Shown here in pieces: positions 38,379 to 51,233 of a stretch of 64,000 nt of DNA. Origin of the DNA: Eledone cirrhosa (lineage: Eukaryota). The notes under the pieces are model-generated. The model was given only the letters and a program-made list of their open reading frames with translations, made no database searches and was not told where the DNA came from. Position numbers and translations under genes: made by a program. Location: NCBI GenBank assembly GCA_964016885.1, contig OZ024740.1, forward strand, positions 42,160,001 through 42,224,000, given 5' to 3'. How positions within the stretch are numbered: position 1 is the first letter of the stretch; the number at the start of each line of letters is the position of its first letter.

Positions 38379-39409
38379 CAGATATACATCTTAATACTCA
38401 CTGTTGTGAATTTCTCAACACTATCACACACCATTGCTTTTCTGTGATATGATCACAGACAAAATTCATCTACATCTGATGTTACACTGGTTAGTTTTCA
38501 TGACTGATTAAAGATTTGATTTTTTTCTTAAATTTCTTACTTAATTACATTCTTCTAGTTGAATAACGTGGGCAAGACTGTCCTCGCTAGGGGATTCAGC
38601 TGGATCAATTAGATACGCTTGATACTGACAGGACCCACTGGAAGGCTTGCTTGTGGTTTCTGTCCCCGCAAACATCTCATAAACAAATGGGTGGATAAGA
38701 AAAAGCAGATAGAAGAAGAAAAAGAAGCAGAAGAAATATGAAAGAAGATATTCTTCTTGAAGCACAATAATGATTGATACCATTTGTATGCCACTTTGAT
38801 ATAGAGAGTAATTCTTTTGTGATATTTTGGCCAGCTGTTTCTGGATATAAATCTAAACTATAATAAAGTAAGGAGTGTGGGACTGCGTCAAGAATATGTT
38901 TTTTTTATCCCTTTTATAAAATAAGTTGGATTACTTTGAATAAATAATGAATGAATATTACATAATTTTTCTACTAAATTTTGTAGTGTTGATTAAATAT
39001 ATTCTATTACTTATTTAAAGATTCACTTCTTTAAAATTTTCAAATGTCAACACTTCCGGTTCGTTTAAATAAACATTCATATATTTCCGTCACTAATTTT
39101 CTCCCAATACAGGTTATATATAATATCGTAAGAGATTTGGGGAGTAAAGAGATGGCGGTTATATAGAAAAGAAGTGAGAGAATGGTACTAAAGGTCGTCT
39201 CCCGAAAACCTGATGGGGTCAATTAAAAATACATAGCAGTCTAGGGGCTGTGGATGATGTCTAAAAACATCTGACAGATGAAATGACAAGTCAGTTAATC
39301 ATAATGGTGGCCTCCCCACAGCCCCGGCGGAGAGAATGGAGAAGGCGTTTCCCCGGAGTACGGCAAGGGAGACGCTTTCTCAGGGTTTAAATGGCTGGGA
39401 ACAGCGTTC

Positions 39410-39872
39410 ACTATGTGTGTATGTGTGTGTTTGTTTGTTTGTTTGTTTGAGTGTGTGTGTGTGAGTGTGTGTGTGTGTGTGTGTGTGCGTGTATGTGTGT
39501 ATGTGTCTGTCTGTGTGTGTAAGTATATTCTATCATTCATTATGTGTGTGTATATTTGAATGTGTATGTGTGTGTGCGTATGTGTGTATGTGTGTGTGTG
39601 TAAGTATACTTCATCATTACTATGTTGTGTTTATGTGTGTAAGTATATTTCATCATTCACTATGTGTATGTGTGTGTGTGTGTGTGGTGTATGTGTGTGT
39701 ATGTAAATATACTTCATCATTCACTATGCATGCGCTTGTGTATGTTTGTATGTGTGTGTGTGTAAATATACTTCATCATTCACTATATGTATATGTGTGT
39801 ATGTGTGTGTGTAAATATACTTCACCATTCACTATGTGTGTGTGTAGATAAGTATACGTTATCATTCACAAT
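39410..39872. repeat. Minisatellite: ~26 bp unit GTAA(G/A)TATACTTCATCATTCACTAT spaced by variable (TG)n, about 7 copies
   Basis: Units at ~39519, 39600, 39639, 39703, 39762, 39811 and 39849. Confidence 0.8.
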
Positions 39873-39884
39873 ATGTGTATGGTT

Positions 39885-40585
39885 GTACTGCAAGTGCAAG
39901 ATGAAGGACGTATTTCCAAGCCAAGCTTTGTAAACCTCCTTTTTACTCGGACGGCATCTTTAACCACTTGATTGAACCAAGGGGTCCTCCTGCCACGTGG
40001 TGCCACACGAAGCCGCTTTCAAATTTGCTCAGGGAGTTCTGTGAATATGGATGCAATAGTATCTGCATACCTGGTCCTGACTTTCTTATTCACTAACTCT
40101 TCCCACTTTCTCATGTAGGTCACCGTAGACCTGCACTATACGGTGATCAACTGAGAGTTCAGCACCCTTCTTAACACGAACATGAAGCACAGAATTGAAA
40201 ATATCAGAGATAATAGCAAAATGAATAATTGATTTCTGTTCCCATATGTATTTATGGATATCTTTGTGCTGGAAGAAGGTGTTCATAATAGGGAGCCCTT
40301 TAATAGAACAAAAGCCTTATACGGCGTCTCCTTTCGTATTTAGATTGGGGTCACCGTTCCTTCCAATCACTCTTTCTCATGTGAAGTTGTCAGTGCCAAT
40401 ATGTGCATTGCAGTCTTCCATAAATAACTTCATATAACTCTTCAGTGACTTCATCAAGGAAGGAAATCTATTCGACCTCTCTGTTTGGCGTATAAGCTTG
40501 CACCAAGACACAGGCTTTTCTTTCAGCCTAAGCTTCAAGAAGCAAATCCTCCCTCTCTAAGGGATCTAGTTAACGACACATTCTG
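39885..40585 (-). pseudogene. RTE-like LINE apurinic endonuclease remnant
   Basis: LVQAYTPN, EDCNAHIG, IMNTFFQHKDIHKYIW, AELSVDHRIV and TPWFNQVVKDAVRVKK. Confidence 0.8.
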
Positions 40586-40589
40586 TGTC

Positions 40590-41030
40590 ATTTGTAGGAG
40601 TAAAGAGAACTGCCCTTGCCAACAAAAAAGTAAATAACAAATCCTTTGTTTATGATGCAGAGATGACACACAACACCACATAACATTCTGAAGTTACTGA
40701 ATGATACTTTGGTATGGCGCAAGATCGTTTTAAACAACTTTTTTGTTTGTATAACCACTCCTTCAAAAATCCTGTTATGAGCCCCAATACAGCCCAGGCA
40801 AAAAAGCCTAACAATTACAGGAGAAAGGAGTCCCACATAAGATTACTTGGAAGATACTTGAACGATCCAGTCCTTATACTAATGATAACAAACAATGTTG
40901 TTTCTGTCTCAGTGAGAAATTTAGAATATTACAAGGTTTTGTCATCTCTGAACAATGATTATTTGAAATCAAAGAGCGAAAGATTTAGAGGATACCTCCA
41001 TCTCAACACCCAACTGCTTGCTAAGTGAAA
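40590..41030 (+). pseudogene. Degraded PLE GIY-YIG remnant
   Basis: YFGMAQDRFKQLF..NHSFKNP, C..CLSEK and LKSKSE motifs spread over several frames. Confidence 0.55.
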
Positions 41031-42115
41031 ATACTCAACAAATTCAACTGATTTTCACCATCATAATTTGATTTATATACTTTCGTAATAACTTTTCTTT
41101 ATCTTTTTTCCCAAAATCTATAAAATACAGTACACTTTCTATACTACTTTACTCCATAACTTAATAAATATTACCATCGCTATATCACATGCCACGACAT
41201 AATACCATACATCTGCTATAGACGCAAATAATAACTCCTGTAAGATTTTGCTATTTCAAATTTACATCTTCGGGTTATTCCCTTTTGTTATAATACGTAT
41301 TTTGTAAACTAGCATTACTTTTAACAGTATCATATGAACTCGTATAACCACCTGAATATTCGGTCACATTTTTGATCTCTCTTATATTCTGAAGATATAA
41401 TCAATATTGGGCCTTCAAACCTTAGGGAGCATTTTTGTTCTGTGTATGAACATAAATAAATAGTATAATATATCAGTTCTCTTCCCGATTGAGCAATATT
41501 TTTCTTTTTCCTTCTTCACACCTACGGATATTTTTACATACACACACACATAGACACACACAAACACACACACGTATATATAATTATATTTATACTATAT
41601 AATTTTATATACATAAAGTAAGTCGTGTGTTCGTGTGATTTTCATTTGGATTGGCTTGTATCTATCTTGATTTGTCTTTGTGCTTAAATGAATGTAGGTT
41701 GTGTTTCGTGTATGTAGGTTGCTATTCGCTGTTTTCTCAAGCAATTCCCAGTGAACTGAAGTTGGCCTCCTTAACTGTAAGTATATTGCGTGAAGAAACT
41801 TGACAATAACATTTACAAGTCATTTATGTAAAAATGCATGACATGATAAAAATCTATATTAAAAGTGCCCAATCTTACACACGAAATGCGAGTACAATTT
41901 CAAACCGATTTATTCCCACGAATACACATGCATATATATATTTATAGTTAACCATTTAGAATATAAATATATCTCATCAAAAATAATCCCTGACCTAGTT
42001 GTGATGTTGCCTCCTTAAAAACAGACTTTATTATAGGAGACAACTAATTAAATTTTTGCTGACTGCGTTAATGTTCTGACTATCAGAGTTTAATATAACT
42101 CGCGCTTAACCAATA

Positions 42116-42185
<70 letters not shown>

Positions 42186-42225
42186 AAGTGTTAAAACGAT
42201 CAAACTTTAGTTTAGAACATCTATT

Positions 42226-42272
42226 TGCTGACAATTGTTTCTTCCAGAGTGAAGTCTGGTTTCATCGGAGCA
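42226..42272 (-). ncRNA. Minimal hammerhead with CCGATGA core variant
   Basis: Minus strand TGCT CCGATGA aa CCAGA cttcac TCTGG aa GAAA CAATTG TC^ AGCA, ~45 bp from (TA)n. Confidence 0.65.
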
Positions 42273-42798
42273 GAGGGAATGTCGAAACATGTGACTAAAA
42301 TCCTAGTCATTTAGAATATTTAGGGTACATAATTGTTGTTAGTGTCATAGGCATCATGTGGAGAGTCAGTAGTTAAAAAGATGTTCTGCTTGAGAGAACA
42401 CAATTACAGGCAGCACTGGTTGAAAGTGTAAGATGTATATGCGAAAAGCACAAGCAAAAAAATACAGGCAAAAAAGTTATAAGCAAGGAAAATTGGTGTA
42501 CAATGCAGGAGTCAATACAGTCAATAAGGCATGTATGAGGAAAGAGTTATAATGCAGTTGAAATAAGCATATTTTGTGTGGTGTGAGATTGGGAGAGCAG
42601 GAGAGACGAAGGCAGTGACAGTGGGAGATTGGTTCCTTTGTGTTCGGACCTGATCTATATGTATATGTTTCACAGACACCTACTCACACTGAGGATTGCT
42701 CTACCATTTCCTACCATCCTTTTTAGTGCCAAAATGGGAAGAATAAGAAGACCCCATCTGACAAAGAAAAAACAAAAAATAAAGAAAATATTTCACTA

Positions 42799-42829
<31 letters not shown>

Positions 42830-43641
42830 TTAATACCATCATTGTCTTCGAATTATGTTTTTTATCCTTCGTCCCTTTATCTTCTCAAAATATCTTTCTT
42901 GTGGATTTATTACCATGCTTCGAGGGAGCAAAATATATGCCTCTACTATTGTATATGTATGAGCTATTTCGAGTAATCCCAATCACATCTTTCCATCGAC
43001 CACCCTAAATCATAATTAATATGTTGCCTCTTACCCCACACTGCCATCTATACGTTAGACACCCACGTTATGTATTTTTCTTTGGCTGCTGTGACTTCTC
43101 TGTATAAGCTACTCTTGGCATTGAACCTATAGTGGTAGAGACGTCCGGTGTCCTTGATTCATTTACTATTTCCCTACTCACTGCTATCCGCAAGAGTGGA
43201 CCATCCACAGGAGTGGACCATCCACAGGAGTGGACCATCTGCAGGAGGGAGCCCTGCTAGTTGCAATGGCTATTTTAACATGTTTACTTCGTTTTCTTTC
43301 GGGGCAAACTTTTTTCAATTCTGTTCGATGGGACCATGAGGCGGATTACTCCTGGGGTTTTGCATACTAGAGAGTGGTTTCCTTCACTGTCCGGACTTGC
43401 ACCATTGAGGTTCCGAGGATTAAGTATTCTTTCTTATATTTTTATTGCACTTAGACTCACATTTGCTATTATTTACAATCTCTTCCTCTCTTTCTTCACC
43501 TTTTTTTTTGTTTTGGTACATATTAGTACCACACTATATGTGTGATTGTCAAGGAGCTTACCTGTATATGTGGGGTACATATTACTTTACAATTTTAAAC
43601 CATTCTTGCTACTCTGCTTCTCGTTATTACTGCTATATTTA

Positions 43642-44340
43642 GGGCAGTGGATTGGCAGTATCAGTAGAGGGTCGGACGCCATGCTTTGCAGCAAAGAGTT
43701 ACGGCCCTTTATGATCTGAGTTCAAACCCCGCCGAGGTTAACTTTGCCTTTCATCCTTACGGGGTCGATAAAATAAAGTATCAGTCACGCACTGGGGTCG
43801 ATTTAATCGGCTTTCCCCTTCCGCCAAAATTGGTGGCTTGTGCCTATATAAGAAACCAGTATTATACTTGTCTCTTAAACTAGATTTAGATGAACAATCA
43901 ATGGTGAGATCCGAATGTGTGAGGTTATTGGAATTGATTGTAGGGCCATTATTTGAAATCTCTTTTATTATTATTTTCTTTAATGATCTGTGACCCAACT
44001 CTTCTTAGTGATTCTATAAACTCTTGGCACTTGTGAAGTGTAGGAGATCTAAAGAGTCAGTGGGCAGAAAATATTATTGAAATTATGTCCTTGAGCAACA
44101 CTCTTTATTTCACGTTGCTATAGTTCATTCAGCTGTAGAAATGAGTTGTCACTGGTGTCAAGCTGTATAAGCAAAGAGTTACGGCCCTTTATGATCTGAG
44201 TTCAAATCCCGCCGAAGTTAACTTTGCCTTTCATCCTTACGGGGTCGATAAAATAAAGTACCAGACAGGCACTGAGGTTGATTTAATCGACTCTCCCCTC
44301 CTCCAAAATTGCGGGCCTTGTGCCTATATAAGAAACCGTT
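43642..44340 (+). mobile_element. SINE family 1 containing a templated copy of ~31610-32073
   Basis: A single TSD CGTTATTACTGC(T/C)ATATTTA at 43622-43641 and 44337-44356 brackets SINE + foreign flank + SINE 3' part. Confidence 0.8.
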
Positions 44341-45210
44341 ATTACTGCCATATTTATCCTCTCTTTGCCTGTCTTCATTTGACCTTCACGTCGCTTTTGC
44401 TCCAAACTTTAATGCTATTTTACTGCTATATCCCATCTCTATATGATAATTCTTCGTCCGTCGTGTACTTTATTCATACCACCTCTCTCTCACCTTTTAC
44501 CTCACTCTTTACATTACCGCCACCGCACTTTCACTTTATTTCCTTCTTCATCTACTAGCTTGAGACAACGCTTGTTCTATCTTTTTTTTCACTATCAGAT
44601 GAAGGAAGAAAGTCCGAAATGATAGATTTTTCAATTCCTATGGCAGGCAAACACGTCTACGAAGTTTCTTATGTATCAATTATTGTTGCCGCAGACCTCC
44701 ATTAGTTGACGCATGCATCAGATACTAGCTTGTTAAATAAATGGTTATTTAAGATCTGGGTAGTACTTATTTCAAAGTTTAATTGACCACGTGGGATATC
44801 GCAACGACAACATCACATTTTTTAGAGGAACTATACTCTGAATTGAATTAGTTTACCCGAAAGCTCTATCATCAACTGTCACACTAACTAATGGCTAGCT
44901 TCTACGCGATCGACCAATCTACTTGAAATCGTAGGAAAAAGTTTCCTTAAATAACGTCATTTCTTAAATATTGTAATCCTGAATATACATAAATATGGAA
45001 TAGGCATACTTAGACCGTCTTGTCTCAAAAGACTGCTGGTTGATTGATGACTTGGGCCTAATAAACACAGACAGCAGCAACAGTAACAGCAGTAATAACA
45101 ACAGAAATTATAACAACAACAATGATAATAATAAAAGTAATAACAATGCCATAAAAAAACAACTATATGCTATTTTGTAAAAGAAGAGTCTTGACGATGC
45201 AATTACGTTA

Positions 45211-45298
<88 letters not shown>

Positions 45299-46134
45299 CA
45301 AGTGAAAGCTTAGTAAAATCGAAGCGTTGGCTGTGGCCAAGCAAATTCGATCTACAATAAGGAATGAGTAGCAAAGCACTCAATAAGGGTAGATCCTTAG
45401 AGTTAGTAAACATTACGTTTAAACAGCTTGACAAATTGAAAATTGCGGTAAGCAAAACCCAACCATACAGTACCAAAACAACGAATGAAATAATCAGGTT
45501 AAAACAACAGACCTGGACAGATCGAACTATATTCTGCAATACGTCCGTTATGTTTCTATGAATTCGAAATCATCAATCCAACTTACGTAACACGTAAGCT
45601 TGTGGTATTCCATGATTGAAGAGGGGACTCACTTCATCGACAGGCATTTCGTTCTTTTGCCTCAAACGGGTGTGAACTTAACTCCATGCGACCGCCATAT
45701 ATATATATATAAAAGTATGTAACCTATACATAATTAATACATACAGGGATACAAGTATAGTCCGTATGCCAGTGTGGTTCAATAGCAAGTTAATAAATTA
45801 ACAAGCCAGAACATATAAAATCAAGGGAATGTAAACACAGGAAATATCTTAAAAAATAATAATAAAAAATTAAATTCCAAAACATTCACTGTACTTACTA
45901 TATGTCCTTTATCGCGGTTTCAGATCCCAAATAAATAGACAATCCAAGTGAATTTTCACTGAGAAAGAGATACGGTGCTGACGATAGCTAATAAGCATGA
46001 AACTAGTACAACGTTCCTTTGTCAGTGTTGAACAAAAGGGCAACGATGGGTGAAAAACACTGTACGGCTTAATTAGGGATGTTTGTTTACAAACACACCG
46101 AGCATTATAATAAATGTTCGGTAATTCCATACGT

Positions 46135-46190
<56 letters not shown>

Positions 46191-46612
46191 TACTGTACGT
46201 CTGTATACATATATGTATGTACGTATACATACTTATATATATATATATATATACACAAACACACACAAACACTGTCTCTCCCTCTGTCTCTTTCACACAC
46301 ACATATATATATATTACTTAATTAATGTAGAATTTAAAACACAACTAGAACCCAATGTAGTGTAATTTATTTTTGTGGAAAAGAGATACATTATTATATG
46401 TCATTGAGTTTTCAAAAAACAACAGTCAGCAATGAAGACAAATAAAACAAGTTTCTGAGGCTGAACGGCAGAATGGATCGTTTCGTCAGAGTTGCATGAC
46501 TGCTAACGATTAGTCAATATATCGATAAAATATTAGTTTATTTTGTCCTTGGAAACGATTGTAAAAAACGATAGATTAATTTAGTACTAAACTTATTTGT
46601 TTTCATCGTCCA

Positions 46613-46671
<59 letters not shown>

Positions 46672-48200
46672 GTGTGTGTATGTATGTATATGTATATATA
46701 TATATATATGTATATTTATATATTTCATTTCTGAATTTGTTTAGCAAGATTCTTTATCTGAAATCGTGTGTTGAAACCGATATTGTTATACTTTGGGAGG
46801 GTCATGTTGCCAATAAGAAACACACACACCAGTTGCTTTCACTTCAATTTATTATAATAAATTTATAAATTTAGGAATTTATAAATTTCTGGTTGGTTGG
46901 TTGGTTCCACAACCAGGTAGTTGTTTATATATTGTCAAAGTTCTTTCGTCACACATTCTGTGACCTCTTCAGTGACTGGGGATTCTTTTCTTTGTTTTTG
47001 TACCTCTCCTTTGTTCTGTCCTACGCCATTTTGTTTCTGTGTGTGTGTTGTGTGCTCAGTCTGCGCATGCGCCACATCCGGGTGTCTGTGTGTGTTTATA
47101 TTCGTTTATTTATTTGTTTATTTACATGTTACCGGCTGGTTGTTTGTTCTATGTGCGTGTGTGTTTTCATTAATAACAAAAAACAAATCCTCCATTCCCA
47201 TTATGCCAAACCCATGACTTCCAAACATCTGATCCACCGCAACTCGGCTGTTTCGGACCATACCAAAATCAACATACTGATTGCGGATTTGGTACGGGTG
47301 AAGAGAAACGTGTCCCGCATGTGCAACCCCGAAGAACTAGAGAGACACATACAACACTTCATCCACCGTATGCAGTTCTCTGGTTACAATCAGAGAGATA
47401 AAATCAGAGTGTATAGAGGAGCCAGAACCAAGTGGTAAAAAATGGTAAATAATGACACAAATGGGACCTGCCCCTTGTATAGGAGCAAATTTTGGAATAG
47501 AATAGAAAGAACTAGGAATAAGGCTAATAGAATAAACTCATGGTATGATAGCAATAAATACCAGAGTGTAATGTTCATAGATACAACCCCTAGAGGTGAA
47601 TTAGCTTACAAATTTAGAAGGGCCCTAGATAAACATAAACTCAATATTAAGATAGTAGAAAGACCAGGTACCTCCGTAAAAACACTTATTAGCAAGACAT
47701 ACCCTTTTCAAAGACCCCCCTGTATAGATAAGAAATGTATAACCTGTAAAATAAGCCCCCATATTAACTGTAAAACTAGAAATGTAGTGTATAGCATAAG
47801 ATGTACTGAAGGACAATGTAGAGACAAAAATATAGTGTACATAGGTGAGACAGCTCGTAGTGTAGGGGAACGGATAAATGAACACTGGCGAGACCTTCAA
47901 GATAGTAAAGAATCATCTGTACTCTACCAACATGCTAAAATAGAACATAAGGGTAAATTAGAGAAAATAGAAATAAAAATAGAATCTACACACAGAAAAT
48001 ACGCAATGTTTAGACAAATAACAGAGGCAATAAACATAAAAGAATTACAACCACAATTAGATAGAAAATATGAGTGGAACAGCAACATCACAACTTACAA
48101 TTAAGGACAAAATGAAAACACACACGCACATAGAACAAACAAACAACCAGTAATATGTAAATAAACAAATAAATAAACGAATATAAACACACACAGACAC

Positions 48201-48258
48201 CCGGATGTGGCGCATGCGCAGACTGAGCACACAACACACACACAGAAACAAAATGGCG
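48201..48258 (+). promoter_or_regulatory. Candidate pLTR promoter: ETS-like, NRF1 and YY1 motifs
   Basis: CCGGATGT (48201), GCGCATGCGC (48210) and AAAATGGCG (48250). Mirrored at ~47024-47081. Confidence 0.5.
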
Positions 48259-48305
48259 TAGGACAGAACAAAGGAGAGGTACAAAAACAAAGAAAAGAAT
48301 CCCCA

Positions 48306-48348
48306 GTCACTGAAGAGGTCACAGAATGTGTGACGAAAGAACTTTGAC
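48306..48348 (+). ncRNA. Minimal type I hammerhead (mirror copy at 46934-46976, minus)
   Basis: GTCA CTGAAGA G GTCAC agaatgt GTGAC GAAA GAAC TT^ TGAC. Confidence 0.75.
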
Positions 48349-48535
48349 AATATATAAACAACTATTTGGTTGTGGAACCAACCAACCAACCAAAAATTTA
48401 TAAATTCCTAAATTTATAAATTTATTATAATAAATTGAAGTGAAAGCAACTGGTGCGTGTGTTTCTTATTGGCAACATGACCCTCCCAAAGTATAACAAT
48501 ATATTTTTATATATATGTATATATATATGTACATG

Positions 48536-48664
<129 letters not shown>

Positions 48665-49460
48665 ACACACATATATATATATATATATATATATTACGTA
48701 TACATATATATATATATATATAAATACATAATATACATAAAGATATACATACATATACATATATATATATATTCCTCTATATCACTTCCTCATTCCCTCT
48801 CTTTCACCTTCTATCTTTCTCTGGAAGAAATCTGCTGTACTCAGGTCTGGAGAGGGATGAAACGCCTTATGTCAATACAGCGCCCCTACAACTATCAGGA
48901 GTTACGGGATCACACACACACACACACACACACATACACATACACACACACACATATACATTATATATATATATAAAATGGTTGCAATATTTGGAGGGTT
49001 TTGGAGGTCCAGAACCTCAATTGCTTGATGTCCACTATGAAGTTCCATTAATAAAGGTGATCAACCTAAGTGTTAGCAATCGCGTAGAGCTGATGGCTAT
49101 TATCGAGAGAACCTGAGCTGTCATCATCCTTGACCAGTGTCATTAGTAGCTTTCGTTTCAGTCACGATGTATCTTGGCTGTCACTGAAGTCAAGGAAGTT
49201 TCAACCAAGTACTAACATATCAAACACAACTAAAGCTTTTCTAATATTTTTTGGATATCAAATTCAAATATTTACAGATAATAGATTTTTTACAACCTTC
49301 TCACGGCACCTGCTTGGAAACCATAAATGTTTGTATATACCAGCATTCCCAACCGATGTCCCGCAGCCCCCTAGGGCTCGGCAAGTAGTCGCTAGGGGTT
49401 CCGTAAGAAACAGTAATAAATAAGGTAATGCATTTTTGAGTAATTTTTGTTTAATTATAT

Positions 49461-49710
49461 GAAGGCGCATGGCCTGGTGGTTAGAGTATTGGGCTTGCAA
49501 TCGAAAGGTTGTGAGTTCAATTCTCGGACCGGGTGATGTTTTGTTTCCTTGAGCAAGACACTTTATTTCACGTTGCTCCCGTTTACTCAGCTGTAGAAAT
49601 GAGATGATAGGACTGGGGTCCCTATCATTAAATCACCCAAGAGAACCTCCAACGAGATATACCTTGAAGGAGGCCAACTAAACCTGCATAGGTGTAAGCT
49701 GCCACACACG
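49461..49710 (+). mobile_element. SINE family 2 (CORE-like), full length
   Basis: A-box TGGCCTGGTGG, B-box GAGTTCAATTCTC and TSD AATTATAT. Confidence 0.85.
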
Positions 49711-49783
49711 CAATTATATAGTCATAATTTTTCTATCACGGTATATTGTCGGAATATCCCTGGTTATTATAATGAAGTCTTCA

Positions 49784-49925
49784 TGAGTTCAAATCCTGCA
49801 GAGGTTAACTTTGCCTTTCATCCTTACGGGGTAGGTAAAATAAAGTACCAGTCACGCAATGGGGTCGATTTAATCGACTTTCCCTTCCCTCAAAATTGAT
49901 GGCCTTGTGTCTATATAAGCAACCA
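49784..49925 (+). mobile_element. SINE family 1, 5' truncated
   Basis: B-box onward, with TSD ATTATAATGAAG(T/A)CTTCA. Confidence 0.8.
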
Positions 49926-50368
49926 TTATAATGAAGACTTCAACCTCTTATATTATTTAAAACTAGACCGTTACCAGTCGATGGTATATCATTTTTATGC
50001 AGAGATTCCCTGAAACATGAAAACTATTTCAAAGATTCCGCAAGGATAACAAAGTTGAGAAACGTTGGTATATATATATCAGCAAAATAACGGAAATATA
50101 CGAGAAATCTTGATGTTCTGACTTGAAATATCCAATCTTTGAATAATATTCTAATGTTCTGAAAGGCCATATGGTCCATAGCATATATCATTGCAAAAGA
50201 AAACACAAATATATAACATATATATATATATATATACGTGTAAATCAACAGAAATTCATGCGTATATATATATATGTAAAACACACACACACACGTACAC
50301 ACATATATGTAATACAACACACACATACTCACACACACTCACACACATACATACATACATACATACAT

Positions 50369-50399
<31 letters not shown>

Positions 50400-50415
50400 C
50401 ATACATATATATTTG

Positions 50416-50460
<45 letters not shown>

Positions 50461-50534
50461 ATGTATATGCATGTGTATATATATACATAAATATATATAT
50501 ATATATATATATATAAATATATACACATACATAT

Positions 50535-50586
<52 letters not shown>

Positions 50587-50593
50587 GTATATG

Positions 50594-50628
<35 letters not shown>

Positions 50629-50832
50629 GGGAAAATGTTTGACCCCCGGCGGCAGAGCTCAAGCCGTTTCGATGAGTAATTCTGGGCTATTTCTGGATCC
50701 AGAAATAGCCGACGAAACGGCTTGAGCTCTGCCGTCGGGGTCAAAAATGTTCCTATTAATCACTCTACTATCTTAAGTATTGAGTACTCTGGTGCGTTAT
50801 GGTCCATCTGGTTCCTTACCATACCTCCTTCG

Positions 50833-50834
<2 letters not shown>
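50629..50834 (+). mobile_element. GC-rich fold-back PLE-type fragment with tail, in (TA)n
   Basis: 50629-50671 pairs with 50712-50753. Inner hairpin GGCTATTTCTG/CAGAAATAGCC. GATGA...GAAA looks like a 5'-clipped HHR core. Confidence 0.6.
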
Positions 50835-50878
<44 letters not shown>

Positions 50879-51166
50879 AAACAACACACATACAAATATG
50901 TAAATCTAAAACACACAAACACATATATATATATAAATGTGGAACAACAACATACATATATAAGACATCATACATATATTTAATACAACATACAACTATA
51001 TACAATAATAAATCAGTTTGATACATTGGCCAGCAACATTTTTGGCTAAAACGCCTGTTTATACATCTTGATAATATATTCTCTCTTCTTATACCGTTTA
51101 GTCTTATTAACGTTATAACGTTGTACACACTTACGTACATTTACACATACAGGCACAAATTATATA

Positions 51167-51230
<64 letters not shown>

Positions 51231-51233
<3 letters not shown>

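Larger units (their letters stand above)
46721..48502 (+). mobile_element. Penelope-like element of a second clade: RT thumb + Cys linker + GIY-YIG, with ~390 bp inverted arms
   Basis: HYAKPMTSK...RMQFSGY, one TAA stop at 47436, then IKIVERPG..CKTRNVVYSIRC..VYIGETARSVGERINEH. Arms 46780-47170 and 48112-48502. Confidence 0.9.

Noticed and set aside
39410-39872. Repeat-spacer array resembling CRISPR
   Set aside because: The spacers are TG microsatellite of variable length, there are no cas genes, and the context is eukaryotic.
44592-44626. Possible hammerhead CTAT CAGATGA..GGA..TCC GAAA TG ATAG
   Set aside because: The core is altered and the cleavage triplet is missing, so it is too degraded to call.
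47436-47438. In-frame stop as possible selenocysteine or recoding in a PLE ORF
   Set aside because: The codon is TAA, and the stop near 54310 is TAG. Neither is TGA, so simple decay is more likely.
46721-48502. DNA transposon with long TIRs around a GIY-YIG gene (also 24385-26558 and 52940-55230)
   Set aside because: The arms are asymmetric with a one-sided tail, vary in length, overlap the ORF in one case and contain hammerheads. The proteins are truncated PLE C-termini.
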